A DNA stretch of 63,833 nt, the filler included, from Welwitschia mirabilis (lineage: Eukaryota), in assembly GCA_051453625.1 (NCBI GenBank). It is 4 parts of one record of this genome, joined end to end, with 100 filler letters (N's around TTAATTAATTAA, not from the genome) between each part and the next. Parts side by side here need not be neighbours in the genome. Positions count along the whole stretch, not along the records: positions 1 to 21,499 come from JBOZIK010000001.1; 3 more parts are not named here. One strand, written 5' to 3'. This document shows, in pieces, positions 1 to 13,345 of this stretch (position 1 is its first letter; the number at the start of each line of letters is the position of its first letter). The notes below the pieces were generated by a model, which did not search any database, was not told the DNA's origin, and saw nothing but the letters and a program-made list of their open reading frames with translations. The position numbers and the translations under genes were made by a program.

Positions 1-3000
1 GAAAAGAGATTATGCAATGAATACTTTAATTGGAATTATCCTATTTTATTTTAATTTTACCAAGTTCTTCCAAATTTTATTGTACTTAAGGTTGTCTTGG
101 AAGATATTCCAAAAGGGTAGATTGATAGCAACATCATTCATAATTACTTTCAAACATTCATCATAAGTTGGATTGTTGTTTAATCTTTCTAGCTAAGGGA
201 TAGTATCTTCTTGGGATGTTGGTTATTGTTATTGGATTTAAGAAAGTTTAATTGATTAAGAATTTTAATGTCATCTTCTTAAGCCCCTCCTTTTCTTTAC
301 CAATAATAGTTAAAGGTTTTTTATGAGGAGTAGTATTATGTCCACTTCTGGTTACTACTTTTCAATCTTTCTTTACATCATTTGGGTCTAGAATAGTTTG
401 AGTGGTAAGTAAGCCTTGAGGTTTTTTATTTTTAGCATGTTTTTTCAAAGGAGGCTAATAAAATTTTCTAAGTTTTTATCTTGATTTTATAAAGATTTCA
501 TTGGTGGTATCTTATATCTTTTTTAGTTCCTCCATCATTTCTCTATAAGAATCATTTTTATTGTAGTTGAAAAAATTGGGCTAAAAGTTATGACCTATAT
601 ATTTGTTGTTAAATGAAGGTTGAAATGATGTTGAAGGTCCTTATTTCTTAGTGGATATTGTTGGTTATCTCCAAAGTTTTTTGGCCTTTGATTGAATACA
701 TAAACTTCACTAAATATGACCTCTCTATAAGTTGGTAAAGCTGGATATTCCTTCATAGAATGATAGTCTTTTGTCATATATTTCACAATGGTTGAGTTGA
801 TTTAGTAATTTTGCATTAGTTATAACTTTTGTGTAACTATCCAATGTACTAGTAAAATCACTATGTAGGATGTTAACTTTTGATNNNNNNNNNNNNNNNN
901 NNNNNNNNNNNNNNNNNNNNNNNNNNNNNNNNNNNNNNNNNNNNNNNNNNNNNNNNNNNNNNNNNNNNNNNNNNNNNNNNNNNNNNNNNNNNNNNNNNNN
1001 NNNNNNNNNNNNNNNNNNNNNNNNNNNNNNNNNNNNNNNNNNNNNNNNNNNNNNNNNNNNNNNNNNNNNNNNNNNNNNNNNNNNNNNNNNNNNNNNNNNN
1101 NNNNNNNNNNNNNNNNNNNNNNNNNNNNNNNNNNNNNNNNNNNNNNNNNNNNNNNNNNNNNNNNNNNNNNNNNNNNNNNNNNNNNNNNNNNNNNNNNNNN
1201 NNNNNNNNNNNNNNNNNNNNNNNNNNNNNNNNNNNNNNATACATAAACTTCACTAAATATGACCTCTCTACAAGTTGGTAAAGCTGCATATTCCTTCATA
1301 GAATGATAGTTTTTTGTCATATATTTCATAATGGTTGAGTTGATTTAGTAATTTTGCATTAGTTATAACTTTTGTATAACTATCTAATGTACTAGTAAAA
1401 TCACTATGTAGGATGTTAACTTTTGATTATTCTTCTTTATATTGTAATTCTTTTGAGTCTTTAAGTATGTCAACTATAGTTCTAGTGTCTTTACNNNNNN
1501 NNNNNNNNNNNNNNNNNNNNNNNNNNNNNNNNNNNNNNNNNNNNNNNNNNNNNNNNNNNNNNNNNNNNNNNNNNNNNNNNNNNNNNNNNNNNNNCTTCTT
1601 TATATTGTAATTCTTTTGAGTCTTTAAGTATGTCAACTATAGTTCTAGTGTCTTTACATATAGTTTTTGACCAATTTTAACTTCTTTCTACAAGGTCTTC
1701 TAATACGTTCTAAGCATTGTCTAAGGTTAAATTAAGTAAATCTCCACCACATGAAAAATATATCATCTATCTAGTTTGACTATTCAATCCACTATAGAAG
1801 TGATTAATGAGTTATTATTTTTAAACTCATTTACTAGGTTGAATGACACATCAATTAAGAATATTTTATATATTGAGGAATAATCTTTGTGAGAGTACTA
1901 TTGAAAATTTATTACTTCTTTTCTTCTTTTTTTTATGGTTATCAAATTCATGAACCATTTGATAAAGACTTTTTATACATGGTTTCATAACTTAAGACTT
2001 CTATGTGGATTGGTTTTGAGCTATTTTTTTCCTTTTTTTTTAAGGTAAATGGAAAGATTATCATGTAGGTCCTATCTAAAATTTTATTTTCCCATTTTCT
2101 AAAGTAAGATGAATTGTTTAATATCAGCTATATGTTGGAATGCACTTCATTAAGTTCTCCAAAAAAAGTAGGATAGGCATTTAAGTTTTTTAACTCTACA
2201 TCATCTCAGGGGGAAGGTTAAATAGGTTTTGAAGTTTCATCTTTTTATTCACTAACATATCCTTTAAAGTGACATTAGATAGTCCTGATATTTTGAAATA
2301 AGATTTGTTAGATACCATAGAGGTAAGAGTATTAGGATGATCAGACAAAAGAGGAGACGTAGGAGTTTTAGTAAAACTTGATTGATTTTTAGAAATTTTT
2401 AAAGACTTAGGAGTATGCAAATAAGAAATAGTAAACCTAGAATAATCATCTTACTTAATTAAAGAATAAAATTTTTCTTTCTTACCTTTTTTTCTTGAAT
2501 TAAAGTCCACCAAAACTTCTTTGATTTTTTCATTAAAAAAATGTTTTTCATGTGTGTATTTACCTTTACTGCTATTTACCATTACCCTGTAAGATTAATT
2601 TATGTTATACAAACTTCTTTACATTTAAGTGGCATCAATCTCTATGTTTAATCAAAGTTGTTTAAGAAGTAGGATCTAAAAATAAATGTAATAATTACTT
2701 AGATTGCATAAAGTACAACGTGTAAGTTAAGTTTTTTGCAAATAATAATCAATGTGGTAATTTCCAAGATCACATGAAGTACAAGAGTAGACCTAATATA
2801 TTGCTAAATTAAAATATGAATTCTTAAAATTGCACTTGAAAGTAAAGAAAGGAAAATTTAAAAAAAATAAAAATTATAATTTACAAGAAAGAAAATTAAA
2901 GTACACTCTAAATGGATGATTAAACAAGTACTTGTAGACCAAAAGGTAATTAAGTAATTATAAGTAGATCAAATAGGATAAAATACAACACTAATCAAAT

Positions 3001-3068
3001 AAATAAATTGAAATTAATTTAAAATACTTACTTCAGTAATGATAATCTTCCTTTTTCTCTTGAATTCT

Positions 3069-3086
3069 TCCTCAGTAATAATACCA
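3069..3086 (-). promoter_or_regulatory. Primer-binding site, decayed tRNA-Asp type (TGGTATTATTACTGAGGA)
   Basis: Differs from the Athila PBS TGGCGCCGTTGCCGGGGA only by C>T/G>A changes; lies 3 nt after the LTR end. Confidence 0.8.
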
Positions 3087-3089
3087 AAA

Positions 3090-4820
3090 TATTGTAATGT
3101 GTATTTATACTTCTAATTCCAATTTTCTAAAGATTAAATTTAACTTGCAACATCTAAAAAGATAATATTCTAATTGCACAGAATACACATTTTTATAGAG
3201 GGATCAACCCAAATGTTATACACTTAGAGAATATTTCTAAAAGAGAATTTAGAACATTGATTTCAAGAGAGAAGAATGATAGTTTTTCTTTATAGAAAAT
3301 AAAATTAAACAATGCAAAGATGAAGATGAAATGCAATGTAATGTAATGGAATGAAAGGAAATGCAATATAATGAATGTAATTCTAATGTAATGAATTAAT
3401 TAAACTTCTAATTTACTATTACTTAGATTAGTCCTTATAATCTATTTTAATTACAAATTCATGTTAGTTAAATTACAATTAAGATAAGCTANNNNNNNNN
3501 NNNNNNNNNNNNNNNNNNNNNNNNNNNNNNNNNNNNNNNNNNNNNNNNNNNNNNNNNNNNNNNNNNNNNNNNNNNNNNNNNNNNNNNNNNNNNNNNNNNN
3601 NNNNNNNNNNNNNNNNNNNNNNNNNNNNNNNNNNNNNNNNNNNNNNNNNNNNNNNNNNNNNNNNNNNNNNNNNNNNNNNNNNNNNNNNNNNNNNNNNNNN
3701 NNNNNNNNNNNNNNNNNNNNNNNNNNNNNNNNNNNNNNNNNNNNNNNNNNNNNNNNNNNNNNNNNNNNNNNNNNNNNNNNNNNNNNNNNNNNNNNNNNNN
3801 NNNNNNNNNNNNNNNNNNNNNNNNNNNNNNNNNNNNNNNNNNNNNNNNNNNNNNNNNNNNNNNNNNNNNNNNNNNNNNNNNNNNNNNNNNNNNNNNNNNN
3901 NNNNNNNNNNNNNNNNNNNNNNNNNNNNNNNNNNNNNNNNNNNNNNNNNNNNNNNNNNNNNNNNNNNNNNNNNNNNNNNNNNNNNNNNNNNNNNNNNNNN
4001 NNNNNNNNNNNNNNNNNNNNNNNNNNNNNNNNNNNNNNNNNNNNNNNNNNNNNNNNNNNNNNNNNNNNNNNNNNNNNNNNNNNNNNNNNNNNNNNNNNNN
4101 NNNNNNNNNNNNNNNNNNNNNNNNNNNNNNNNNNNNNNNNNNNNNNNNNNNNNNNNNNNNNNNNNNNNNNNNNNNNNNNNNNNNNNNNNNNNNNNNNNNN
4201 NNNNNNNNNNNNNNNNNNNNNNNNNNNNNNNNNNNNNNNNNNNNNNNNNNNNNNNNNNNNNNNNNNNNNNNNNNNNNNNNNNNNNNNNNNNNNNNNNTCC
4301 AATTATTATAATAATGTAAATAACAAAGGATGATTTTGAATAGGATCTAGAGGGGTCTATTTATAGGTTGGGATAGGTTGCCAAAGGGTGTGAAACAAAG
4401 AGGTATGAGTCAGATCCATCCTTTCATAACAATTTGATGATGTTTATAAATAGTTTTAACTGTCATCTATCATGGCGTCCCCATGACATAGAGGATGATA
4501 CTCCATCTACCAAGTAATGCTTAGCACATGTCTAAAAATGCTAACTATTTTCCTGATCATCATCCACACAAGAAGGATGAACATACTTTTTTGAATGTCA
4601 TCCTCATTATTGTCTCCATGAAATGGAGGATGAATAATATATCTTTATCACATTGCTTTAGTTCATCATTATCTAAAAATGGCTTCTTATTTGGGAAATT
4701 ATTGCATTTTTAACCTATATAGAAGCTTTGTATAATTTACATAAATCCCTAGAAAAACCTATCAATAGGATCTAAAAATGTATTCCACTATATTAAATAG
4801 GTTAAGTTGGCATCACAACA
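3090..4820 (-). repeat. 5' LTR of Athila-like element (contains gap 3492-4297)
   Basis: Minus strand begins TGTTGTGATGCCAA like the LTRs at 48217 and 58909; CCTATAAATAG TATA near 4356-4366; ends ..TTACAATA next to the PBS. Confidence 0.75.
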
Positions 4821-6899
4821 CTTTTCCTTAAAAAATTCCATTTAATATTTAAATTAATATCATTTCCTCTTCTATCATGTCCACTTTACCTTATGTCTTT
4901 AATGATTACTCTTTTTAAAAGTATGACCTGAAATATCTTGAAATTATAAATTGGGTTAAACTTTGTCCTCTTAATAATAATCCATGCATAGGGTTGAATA
5001 TTAGGAAGCTTTTAAGTATTTTAGACCTATCCTTATCCGTCATTCTAAGAAGATTTATTAATACTATTAAATTCATAATAGTTCCACTAATGTATTTCAT
5101 TTTTAATATTAATATTTAAATGAAATCTATGTTTTAATTTCTTTATACAATGAATTTAATAAGAGATTATTTTTCCATGAAATATATGAACTCTTTATAT
5201 CTTCTATTGTTAATGAATTTTGTGGAGTTAAATTTTTATTAGTTAGGTTATTTATTACCAATTAATTCCTTTAAAACATTCATGCATACCTATGATGGTT
5301 TATTAATTGGTTTTCATATGGTTAAATCCTCACTTTTTTAAAAAATGTACAATGCAATAACTATGTTAGAATATCTAGATTTTTGGCATAGGGACAAACA
5401 CAAAGCAAAGGAATGCTAGTTTTGTTTCAATATAAGTTTGAAGTAATTCATGTAGTGGATCTTATTTTGGAATGTCCATCACTTATTCTTACATGAATGT
5501 AATTATTTAAATAGTCTCTTTTCCAACAGCTATTAACTTAATTTTACTTTAGCTTTCCATTATGTAGTATGTTTAAGCATTTCATGCTATTATAACGCAT
5601 GGATGATCAATTGGATTTTAGTCAATTAAAAGGAATTCGAATGCTTATAAACTCTTATTCCAAGAAGGGAAAATGTGCTTAATTGAGTTGTTCATATTGT
5701 ATGCCTTGTCTATTCATCAACTTCATTTTTACTAAAGGCTACAACTTATTAGTACTTTGAATGAATAAGTTGTTTTTCATATTTCTCAGTGTGGGTAGGG
5801 GGGTGGGATGGAGGAAGGAGGGGTGAGGGAGAGGAAGAAGAAAACAAGAAAAAAATAAATAAAAAGAATTATAAAAAATGCAAAATATTAATTTATACTA
5901 TGAAAGCACTTTTGATAATCACTCCTAATCTATCTCAGGGATTAACACATTAGGGGAAAATTTGCTTGATGACCTATCTCTTATCTAATGGATTTTACTA
6001 CTTGTAATAAAATCAAGATTAGTGGTTTAAAAAAGAACACTCCATAATTGGAGGAATCTAAAATAAAAGGAGGTACATATTGAAGATTACCATGATTATC
6101 ACATTACTAAGTATTATTAGTTTGTAGACATTCTTTAACTTAATGCTTGAGAATATACTATGATATGTTAATTTTAATTAGTAGATTTTCATTTTCATCC
6201 AAACTATTTCAACATAATAATGATGTTTTACTAATTGGAATTAATATATCTTTAATTTGGAATGTATGAGATACTATTGGTAAGTGATCAACTTCAAATG
6301 ACATATGTGTTCTTGTGCAATGTATATGTTTCTATTCATTAAGTTAGATACTTCCAAAGTTGCTAATTGTACTTTTTTAATCATAGGACCATATCATTAG
6401 AGTAACCAAATTTGATATTTTGAAAAAGACCTACATTCCCTTTTATTTCAAATAAAGTATTAAGTTTGGAGAGCCTAGTATTTATGTTTTAAGTAACTCA
6501 ATGTTTATTTTCATGATTCCTTAGCTTAATTAGGTTTATTTTCTTTTTCTTTTTTATTTCATGCTTATGTGTTTTTCTTATGTACTTTATCTCTTATTCT
6601 TGATTCATCTTTTACAATCTTTTAAAAAAATAGCTTGTTTTTATTTTTCTAGATTTTTTTTGGGTTTTAACTTTCAATGGATGTATGACTCTAGTGAGGG
6701 GTTGATTTATATGAAAAACCTAATAATTAATTCATTAGATCTTTTAAAAGTAAGTTTTTATGTATAATTATATTCCTAATAAGCACAAATCATATGTTGA
6801 ACTTTATGAATATTGTTTTGTAATGATTATTTTAAATTAGATATACTTTATGTTTAATATGAATATTTTGAGGGGCCAAGTAGTCATGACAAAATTGGA

Positions 6900-7725
6900 A
6901 TTTTTTTTTCTAGCTACTGCCTTCTTATTTTTATCTATTGGAGAATTAGAGCTACTTGTAAAACCCTAAAATGTATCTCCTATGTATTTCTCACACATCA
7001 AAATCATAGTACCTTCTCCACCTGACCAAAAATTGAAGTAAAATTTTTTGATTATCAATCCTTTGATCAATTAATTTTTACATTATATACTTTTATTTGT
7101 GATATTATTATTAGATACTATAGTACTATCATTACTATAAGTTAGATCTGGTGAAGCCTATGCATTGTGGCATACTATTGACACTGGGCTGTTTGGAGTG
7201 GGGATGTCTACACTTGAGAACTATTAATCATATTTCTTATAAGGAAAAGGGATGTCCACCCTATTTTAGTGGGGATGTCTAGGCCTACGACCTGTTACAT
7301 ATATAATTTACCTATAGGTAGAGGGAATGTCCATCTTGTTTTGAATGGGGACATATGCATGCAAAGGTTGACTTCTTAACATAATTGTAATGAATGATGA
7401 TCATTCTTTCACTTGATTCTCATGCTATTAGTATCATTTAATGAATTATGATCATGGAAGTATAATAACCACCAAAGAAGTAAGATTACATAAGATAAAA
7501 ATAGATAATAAGCAACTAACTCTTTAATGAAGTTTTTATATTTACCATAGCATAATGCTAAAGGTTAATTTGATCACCACTCTCTTATCCTACCCATGTA
7601 TTAACTTATTCTAACTTAATATCTCAAGTTCTTATCATTGATGTCTTATATTAAATCATCTGGAGATGTTTATCCTATTCATCCCTGTCCTCTAAGATAG
7701 CTAATTATAACAATTGGTATTAGAG
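6900..7725 (+). mobile_element. LTR 3' portion plus tRNA-iMet PBS of a different LTR retrotransposon; 5' boundary uncertain
   Basis: ..TAATTATAACA-AT-TGGTATTAGAG (7715-7725) resembles TGGTATCAGAG. Recurring GGGATGTC(C/T)A motifs at about 7200-7350. Confidence 0.55.
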
Positions 7726-7729
7726 ATTT

Positions 7730-7935
7730 GAAATAGGATATTTACTATAATTTAATTACTTAATAGGGTTATAACCCTCATCTATACTAGTATGTGTTTT
7801 TCTGCAAGTAATTTGATTTATAGATTTATCTAAAGGACTTAAGGATTACATAAATTCATACCTTGATATTTTAATGCCATTGTTAAAAAAGTATGCAAGA
7901 AGCTAGAGAATTATCACTATCCAGATAAGTAACTA
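7730..7935 (+). mobile_element. Athila-like LTR 3' end plus decayed Asp PBS (7872-7889) fragment
   Basis: GGATTACATAAATTCATAC..TAATGCCATTGTTAAAAA..CAAGAAGCTA..CAGATAAGTA aligns with 49535-49625. Confidence 0.7.
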
Positions 7936-8149
7936 AAATTTTGTGAGATGTTATCTGTAAATATTCATCATTATTTAGTATCTATCAAGCTTTGAAGTTC
8001 TTGTAATGACTTATTTACATAATGACACAAAATATTTGATAAGTGGAAAAACTAAGGATATTCAAACCCAAAACCATGTTAACCCCATGTTTATGATACT
8101 AATTGTTGGACCCTTTACCATCACAATAAACATCATAGCTTGGTCTCTA

Positions 8150-8310
8150 TAACCTATGCCATTCCTCTTATCCTATGCAAATTTTGAATGCTCAATATTC
8201 TATAGTTGAAGAGGGATATGTGTCCATCAGTGTGATTATCTTAAAGTATTATCTTTTATATCCTATCCAAGTTAGCTAGCTTTCATGATTTCTCAAGAAA
8301 TGATAAATGC
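8150..8310 (+). mobile_element. Ty1/copia fragment (integrase-RT linker)
   Basis: CAAATTTTGAATGCTCAATATTCTATAGTTGAAGAGGGA is similar to 24877-24920 inside the copia at 23080-27430. Confidence 0.55.
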
Positions 8311-9450
8311 TTAGTGAGGGCCTATGATAGATGACAAACTTGTTGCATTTCACATATGATTTGGAGTGTGTTTTAAGGTTTGTTTTATAGGATTAATGCT
8401 TAAATTGATTACTTTTGATATCGAGAATCAAAGATAAAGAATGAAGCATAATTTAAATTAAAATTTAGTAAATAAGAAGCATTTGAAAAAGCACTAGCAA
8501 ATAAAGCAATTAGATTCCGTCTAACACTAGAAGATAAAGCACTAAAAAACAAAGCATTAAAGGATAAGGAACTTTAAGAGACAACTATATTCCATATACC
8601 AATAGATTCCAAGAAGCTCATATGTAAGGTGGATGAGTGAAGAAAATGACTACATATCAGATTCCACCTAATACGAGATTCCAATAAGTACAAGTGGTAG
8701 TAATTACTAAATAATCATTATATGTATTACTATATTTATATTATGATCACTCTCTTATCATTAGAGGATGAAGTCAGTAGATAATAAAGAATTAAGTTTT
8801 GTTTGTAGCTAAAATTTTAATGTGATAATTATAGTTTTTTTAGCTAACTTAGACCATCATCCAAACCTATGTAAACCTCCTTAGGCCTTCCATTTCCTCA
8901 TCTATATTTTGGCATAAAATTACTTATGACATTGGAGCAACTTGGATAGGGAGATCCATTTTTTTATGAGAAGGACTGCCTTGGTGTTAGGATGTGTATC
9001 CTTCATTGTTAAAAGTTAATAAAGTATGCTTTATTTTTCTCAAACTCTCTATTTATATTATTTAAACTTTACATTGATATTAATTTAATACTCTTGTAGA
9101 TTAAATATAATTTTGATATAAAATATGAGTGCCAACTTTCATGATAATGAGTGGGTAAAAATGTTAGTTACTTGCATTTAGGATTTGCATTCCAATCCTA
9201 TTGCATTTCCACTTCTAATTGCATTAATTCCATTGCATTTTATCATTTTAATTAATTTTTTTATTTTTAAAAGATTAAAAACATAAATATCTCTCTCTCT
9301 ATCTCTCTCTCTTCCCCCAATAAAGAATTAGGCCTCTTTAACTCATTTTCTTCTTTATGTTTATGAACCTAGATTGACACACTCTATACCCTATGTGTTT
9401 GCTCACCATTACTTGAGAATGTTTTGAGATCTAACTTGTAGGTTTTTGTA
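8311..9450 (+). repeat. PPT plus probable Athila-type LTR (TGATAG.. start at 8325); end uncertain
   Basis: TTAGTGAGGGCCTA-TG matches the PPT-LTR junction AAGTAGGGGCCTA-TG at 58896-58910; TTGCATT-rich U5-like tract at 9170-9245. Confidence 0.5.
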
Positions 9451-10489
9451 ATGTAATAATTGATTAATACTAAAACTACATTTTATTATTTTTTATGATA
9501 TTTTAAGCATGTATCTTTTGAATTATTTTACTCTACATGACTAGTGGCATTGATGACCTAGACAATAGTGTTGACATTTTTGGCTAGATCAGTTTTATAT
9601 TTAAGTTTGTCCTTCAAAATGTACTAAAGAATTTAAANNNNNNNNNNNNNNNNNNNNNNNNNNNNNNNNNNNNNNNNNNNNNNNNNNNNNNNNNNNNNNN
9701 NNNNNNNNNNNNNNNNNNNNNNNNNNNNNNNNNNNNNAGTTTTATATCTAAGTGTGTCCTTCAAAATGTACTAAATAATTTAAAATTATAATGAAAAAGT
9801 GAATACATTCACAAATTATGTTAAAAATGGTAGAATACATAATATTATGATAAAAATATTTATCTTAATATCTTTGACTAAGCTAAATTAATTAAGTAAA
9901 TCTAGTTTAAATGTCACGTTTTACATGTTAAGATCATGAAAGTTTTAGTAAAGATTCCAAACCATTAGCTCTAAAATGTTATAAGTAATATCTACAAGTT
10001 TCTAAAACCCCATATCCTAAAAGAACTACCAAATTTATACTTGTCTATTTCACTTAAAATTTAAGGTTATTTTTACTATGATGTTCATTAATTTCCAACT
10101 AGAATATCTCTTTGTCACATTAGAGGTAACAAATATGGGTTCACAATAGTTTTTTTAGGCTACTTCATTGTTATTTTTAGTCCTTTGGCATGCTAAGAGT
10201 CCATTAGGCTTTTTCCACTAATCATTTTGACAGAAATGCTAATTTGAAAACCAAAGAAAGAGGGAAAAAACTAAAATTAAAGTAAGAATTAAAACATTTT
10301 AAAAAAATGATATCTTTAAATAGATGAACAACATTATGCTATTGTAGAAATTCTTCAACATAAGATCTTAGGAGATTTAGAATAGGTACTTAAGGGCTAT
10401 GAAATGATTGATTTTGGAGGAATCTTTCTCTTATATAGATATTTTTAACCCTAACTTTTACATTTTTTTTGGCCTAGTTTATAATTTCT

Positions 10490-11480
10490 ATAAAAGTATT
10501 AGACATCTAAAATAAACTTTATATATTTCTATCACTAAATGAGACATCTATGCTGAATTGGTAGTTAAAATATAGAATTGAAGAATGAACGTTTTTGGAA
10601 CTTCAAGATATTATAGAATTTAGATATGCCTATTTGAAAAGAAGATATCTATGTTAAAACTTTTAAAAAATGTAGAAATACATATAGTTAAATAACAGTG
10701 AATATCTTAGTAAAAGTCATGTGAAGACATCTATACTTTTCAAAGATATCTATTACATGTAGAGATGTCTATTCTATGGAAGACATCTACATGAAAATTC
10801 ACTGCAAGAATAACATTATAATGTGAAATGTAAGATTATCATAAATTAAGGAAAGATAAATATGGTAATTTAAGAAATTGAAATAAAAGCCAATACAATT
10901 AATGAACATTTATGTATCTCTAAATTACCTATTTGAAAATGGCCTAGTCCCTAAATTTTTAGATATGGTTATTTTGTTTAACATGTCTAACACTAAGTCT
11001 TTATCCTCATCTATAGGACTTTCAACCTCTACTTCAAATACATGCTCATCTTACCTAAATAATTCTCTTATAAATTTCTTATGTGAACTTTAATATATTG
11101 GTTTCCAGTGATATTGCTAGGTGGATGTACCTTTTCTAGTCTACTCCTTCTCTAGGGATTTAAAGAGCCTACTATATTCTTATAATTAATATCACTATTA
11201 AGGTTTAATTCTCTTTTTGTTCTACATTAATTCTTTCTATCTTATCTTTCATTGTTCTATCCATATGAAGGATTTTACTTATTAGTATCATCAATATTTT
11301 AATTAATGATTTCTATTATGGTTAGAGTTCATTTGTTAAACATTTTATGTACCTTACTAATTCCAAAAAAATATACTTTTATCATCCTTGGTATCAAATT
11401 TTTGTAATTGATTCTTTTCATTTAGAATAGAATATTTCAAACCACAATCATGAAGTAACTCATAGAGGGACTATTATTAT
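10490..11480 (-). mobile_element. Highly decayed, internally deleted copia (SIRE-like) remnant
   Basis: Minus strand near 11075-11135 reads KVHPPSNITGNQYIKVHIR, like the DHP..IIG....V.TR linker also seen at 63620-63680. It is followed by GAC(A/G)TCTA repeats at 10500-10790. Confidence 0.4.
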
Positions 11481-11796
11481 GTCATACCTTATAAGAATTT
11501 TTTTAAAATGAAAAATGTTATCAAAACCAAATCTAACATATAGCATATAAGGTTTATAGCTTAATGGAACTAATTATAATGAAATATTTTTCCTGTGGCG
11601 AGATTTACATCTATAAGATAATTTTTATAAATAATAGTAATATATATATTAAACTTAAATAAATGGATGTAAAACCTAAATAAATGGATGTAAAACCTAC
11701 TTTCCTCAATGGTAATATTGCAAAAAATATTTATATACTTCAACTTAAAGGATATGTAGTGAAAGGTAAAGAGCATATATGTATCACTTGTTAAGA

Positions 11797-12760
11797 TCAC
11801 TTTATGGCCTAGAAAAGCATCAAGGATGTGGAATAAAATGTTTAATCATCATATTATTAAGTCTTGACTTATTCAAAAGGATTTATATATGGATGTGAAG
11901 AGCAAAAATAATAAAACTTTAGTGTTATTACTAGATGTTGATGATCTACTAATAGTAAAAATTGATCTACATGTAATACAAGAATTAAAATACCTTCTTT
12001 CTTCTTAGTTAGAGAGAAAATACCTTGGTTCTTCATAATGTATTTTAGGAATAAAAATTAAAATAATTAAGGATAATAAAAAAAATTTATCCTAAATAAT
12101 ATAGACATGTTAAAATTACTTTTAAATAATTTAATATGTAGGACTATATGCCTATATCTACTCCTTGTAAATCTGGGATAAATACAAGTGGTATTAGCTA
12201 TTTAATGTAAGCAATGTTTACCATTAGACTTAACATTTCATACATTATCTGATATCTTTAAGGTACTCTAAACTTTGGAATTTGTTATAAAAGAATTCAA
12301 TTTACATGGTTATGTGGATATTGATTGGAGGAGTGATCTTGATTAAAAAATCAACTAGTGGATATGTATTTAATATCTTTAGTGATGCTATCCCTTGGTA
12401 AAGTCAAAAACAATCTTACATAGCTCAGTCTACTATTGAAGTTAAATATGTTATTGTAAATGTAGCTAGTTACAAGTAATATGGCTTTAAAGCTTAATAG
12501 CTAAACTTAGATATTTCATATCAAAGTAAAATTTACATATGCAAGAATCCTACCTTTCATAGTAGAATAAAGCATATTGAAATTTAGTACCATTATACTT
12601 GGAGAGAGATAAATAGAAAGATGAGTTTTCTTAATAAAATTAAAAATAAAGAAAAATTCCACTAATATATTAATTGAAAAAAACTGACTGCAAACTTTAT
12701 ATTATAAAAAAAATCTATTAGTCTTAATTAAAAAAAGACTCTTTGTGATATTGATTAATC
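11797..12760 (+). pseudogene. Ty1/copia RT-RNase H fragment, deleted and stop-riddled
   Basis: Motifs SLYGL..ASRMWN (about 11800), LDVDDLLI (11931), GYVDIDW.SDLD / STSGYVF (12308-12370), KHIEI*YH (12570). Confidence 0.85.
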
Positions 12761-12777
12761 TTCAAGGCATCTCAACC

Positions 12778-13345
12778 TTTAAGAGGAAGAATTATAAGAG
12801 TTTAAGATGAAATCTACATATATTTATCAAAATATTATTTTCTAGTTAACTATTATTGGTTCCTCACCCCCTATTTACTACTTATTATCACTTATGTTCA
12901 TATTATTTTGCCTCTATTCCTTCATACTCACTTTTATTTATTCATCATTGATTACCACTAGTTAATTCTTTTTAAAAGAGATCCCTATTTATGTTTAAAT
13001 GACTTATTATCCACTTATGTTCATATTATTTTACCTCTATTCCTTCATACTCACTTTGATTTATTTATCATTAATTACCACTTGTTAATTCCTTTATGAA
13101 AGAGATAACTATGTGTATTTGAAGGACTTATGAGATGGACTAAAGAAAATGCAATTAGCTGTATCTCATTCTAATTGCAAAGTAATTTCATATCAAATTT
13201 GTAATTCTCTTAGAGGTTTATTTTAAAGTTGACTACTATAATAATTAGTTAATAAGCTACTTTACTGAGTTTTTTTTCATTAGAAGATTTTCCCTAGGGT
13301 AAATATTTATCTATCACTTTTTCATATTTTGTTTAATTATTCTAC
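12778..13345 (+). repeat. PPT and 3' LTR of the copia fragment, with an internal ~122-bp-period direct repeat (12881-12982 / 13003-13106)
   Basis: TTTAAGAGGAAGAAT purine tract after RNase H; duplicated CTTATTATC..CACTTATGTTCATATTATTTT..AAAGAGAT unit. Confidence 0.6.

Larger units (their letters stand above)
1..4820 (-). mobile_element. Decayed Athila-like Ty3/gypsy element, 5' part (5' LTR, PBS, leader, gag)
   Basis: Reverse-complement homolog of 17269-18900 and of the gag at 50220+. ORF 2196-2420 (NVTLKDMLVNKK..LFNLP) matches NITLRDLIANRK..TFDLP at 50169-50657. Decayed PBS at 3069-3086; LTR start TGTTGTGATGCCAAC at 4820. Confidence 0.85.

Noticed and set aside
5300-5490. Possible LINE zf-RVT remnant (VFIWL..H, C.FC, DLILECP) on the plus strand
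   Set aside because: Motifs too degenerate and not in a consistent frame to support a call.
11652-11700. 21-bp tandem duplication AAATAAATGGATGTAAAACCT x2
   Set aside because: Ordinary slippage duplication; the overlapping ORF 11570-11800 has no recognisable protein.
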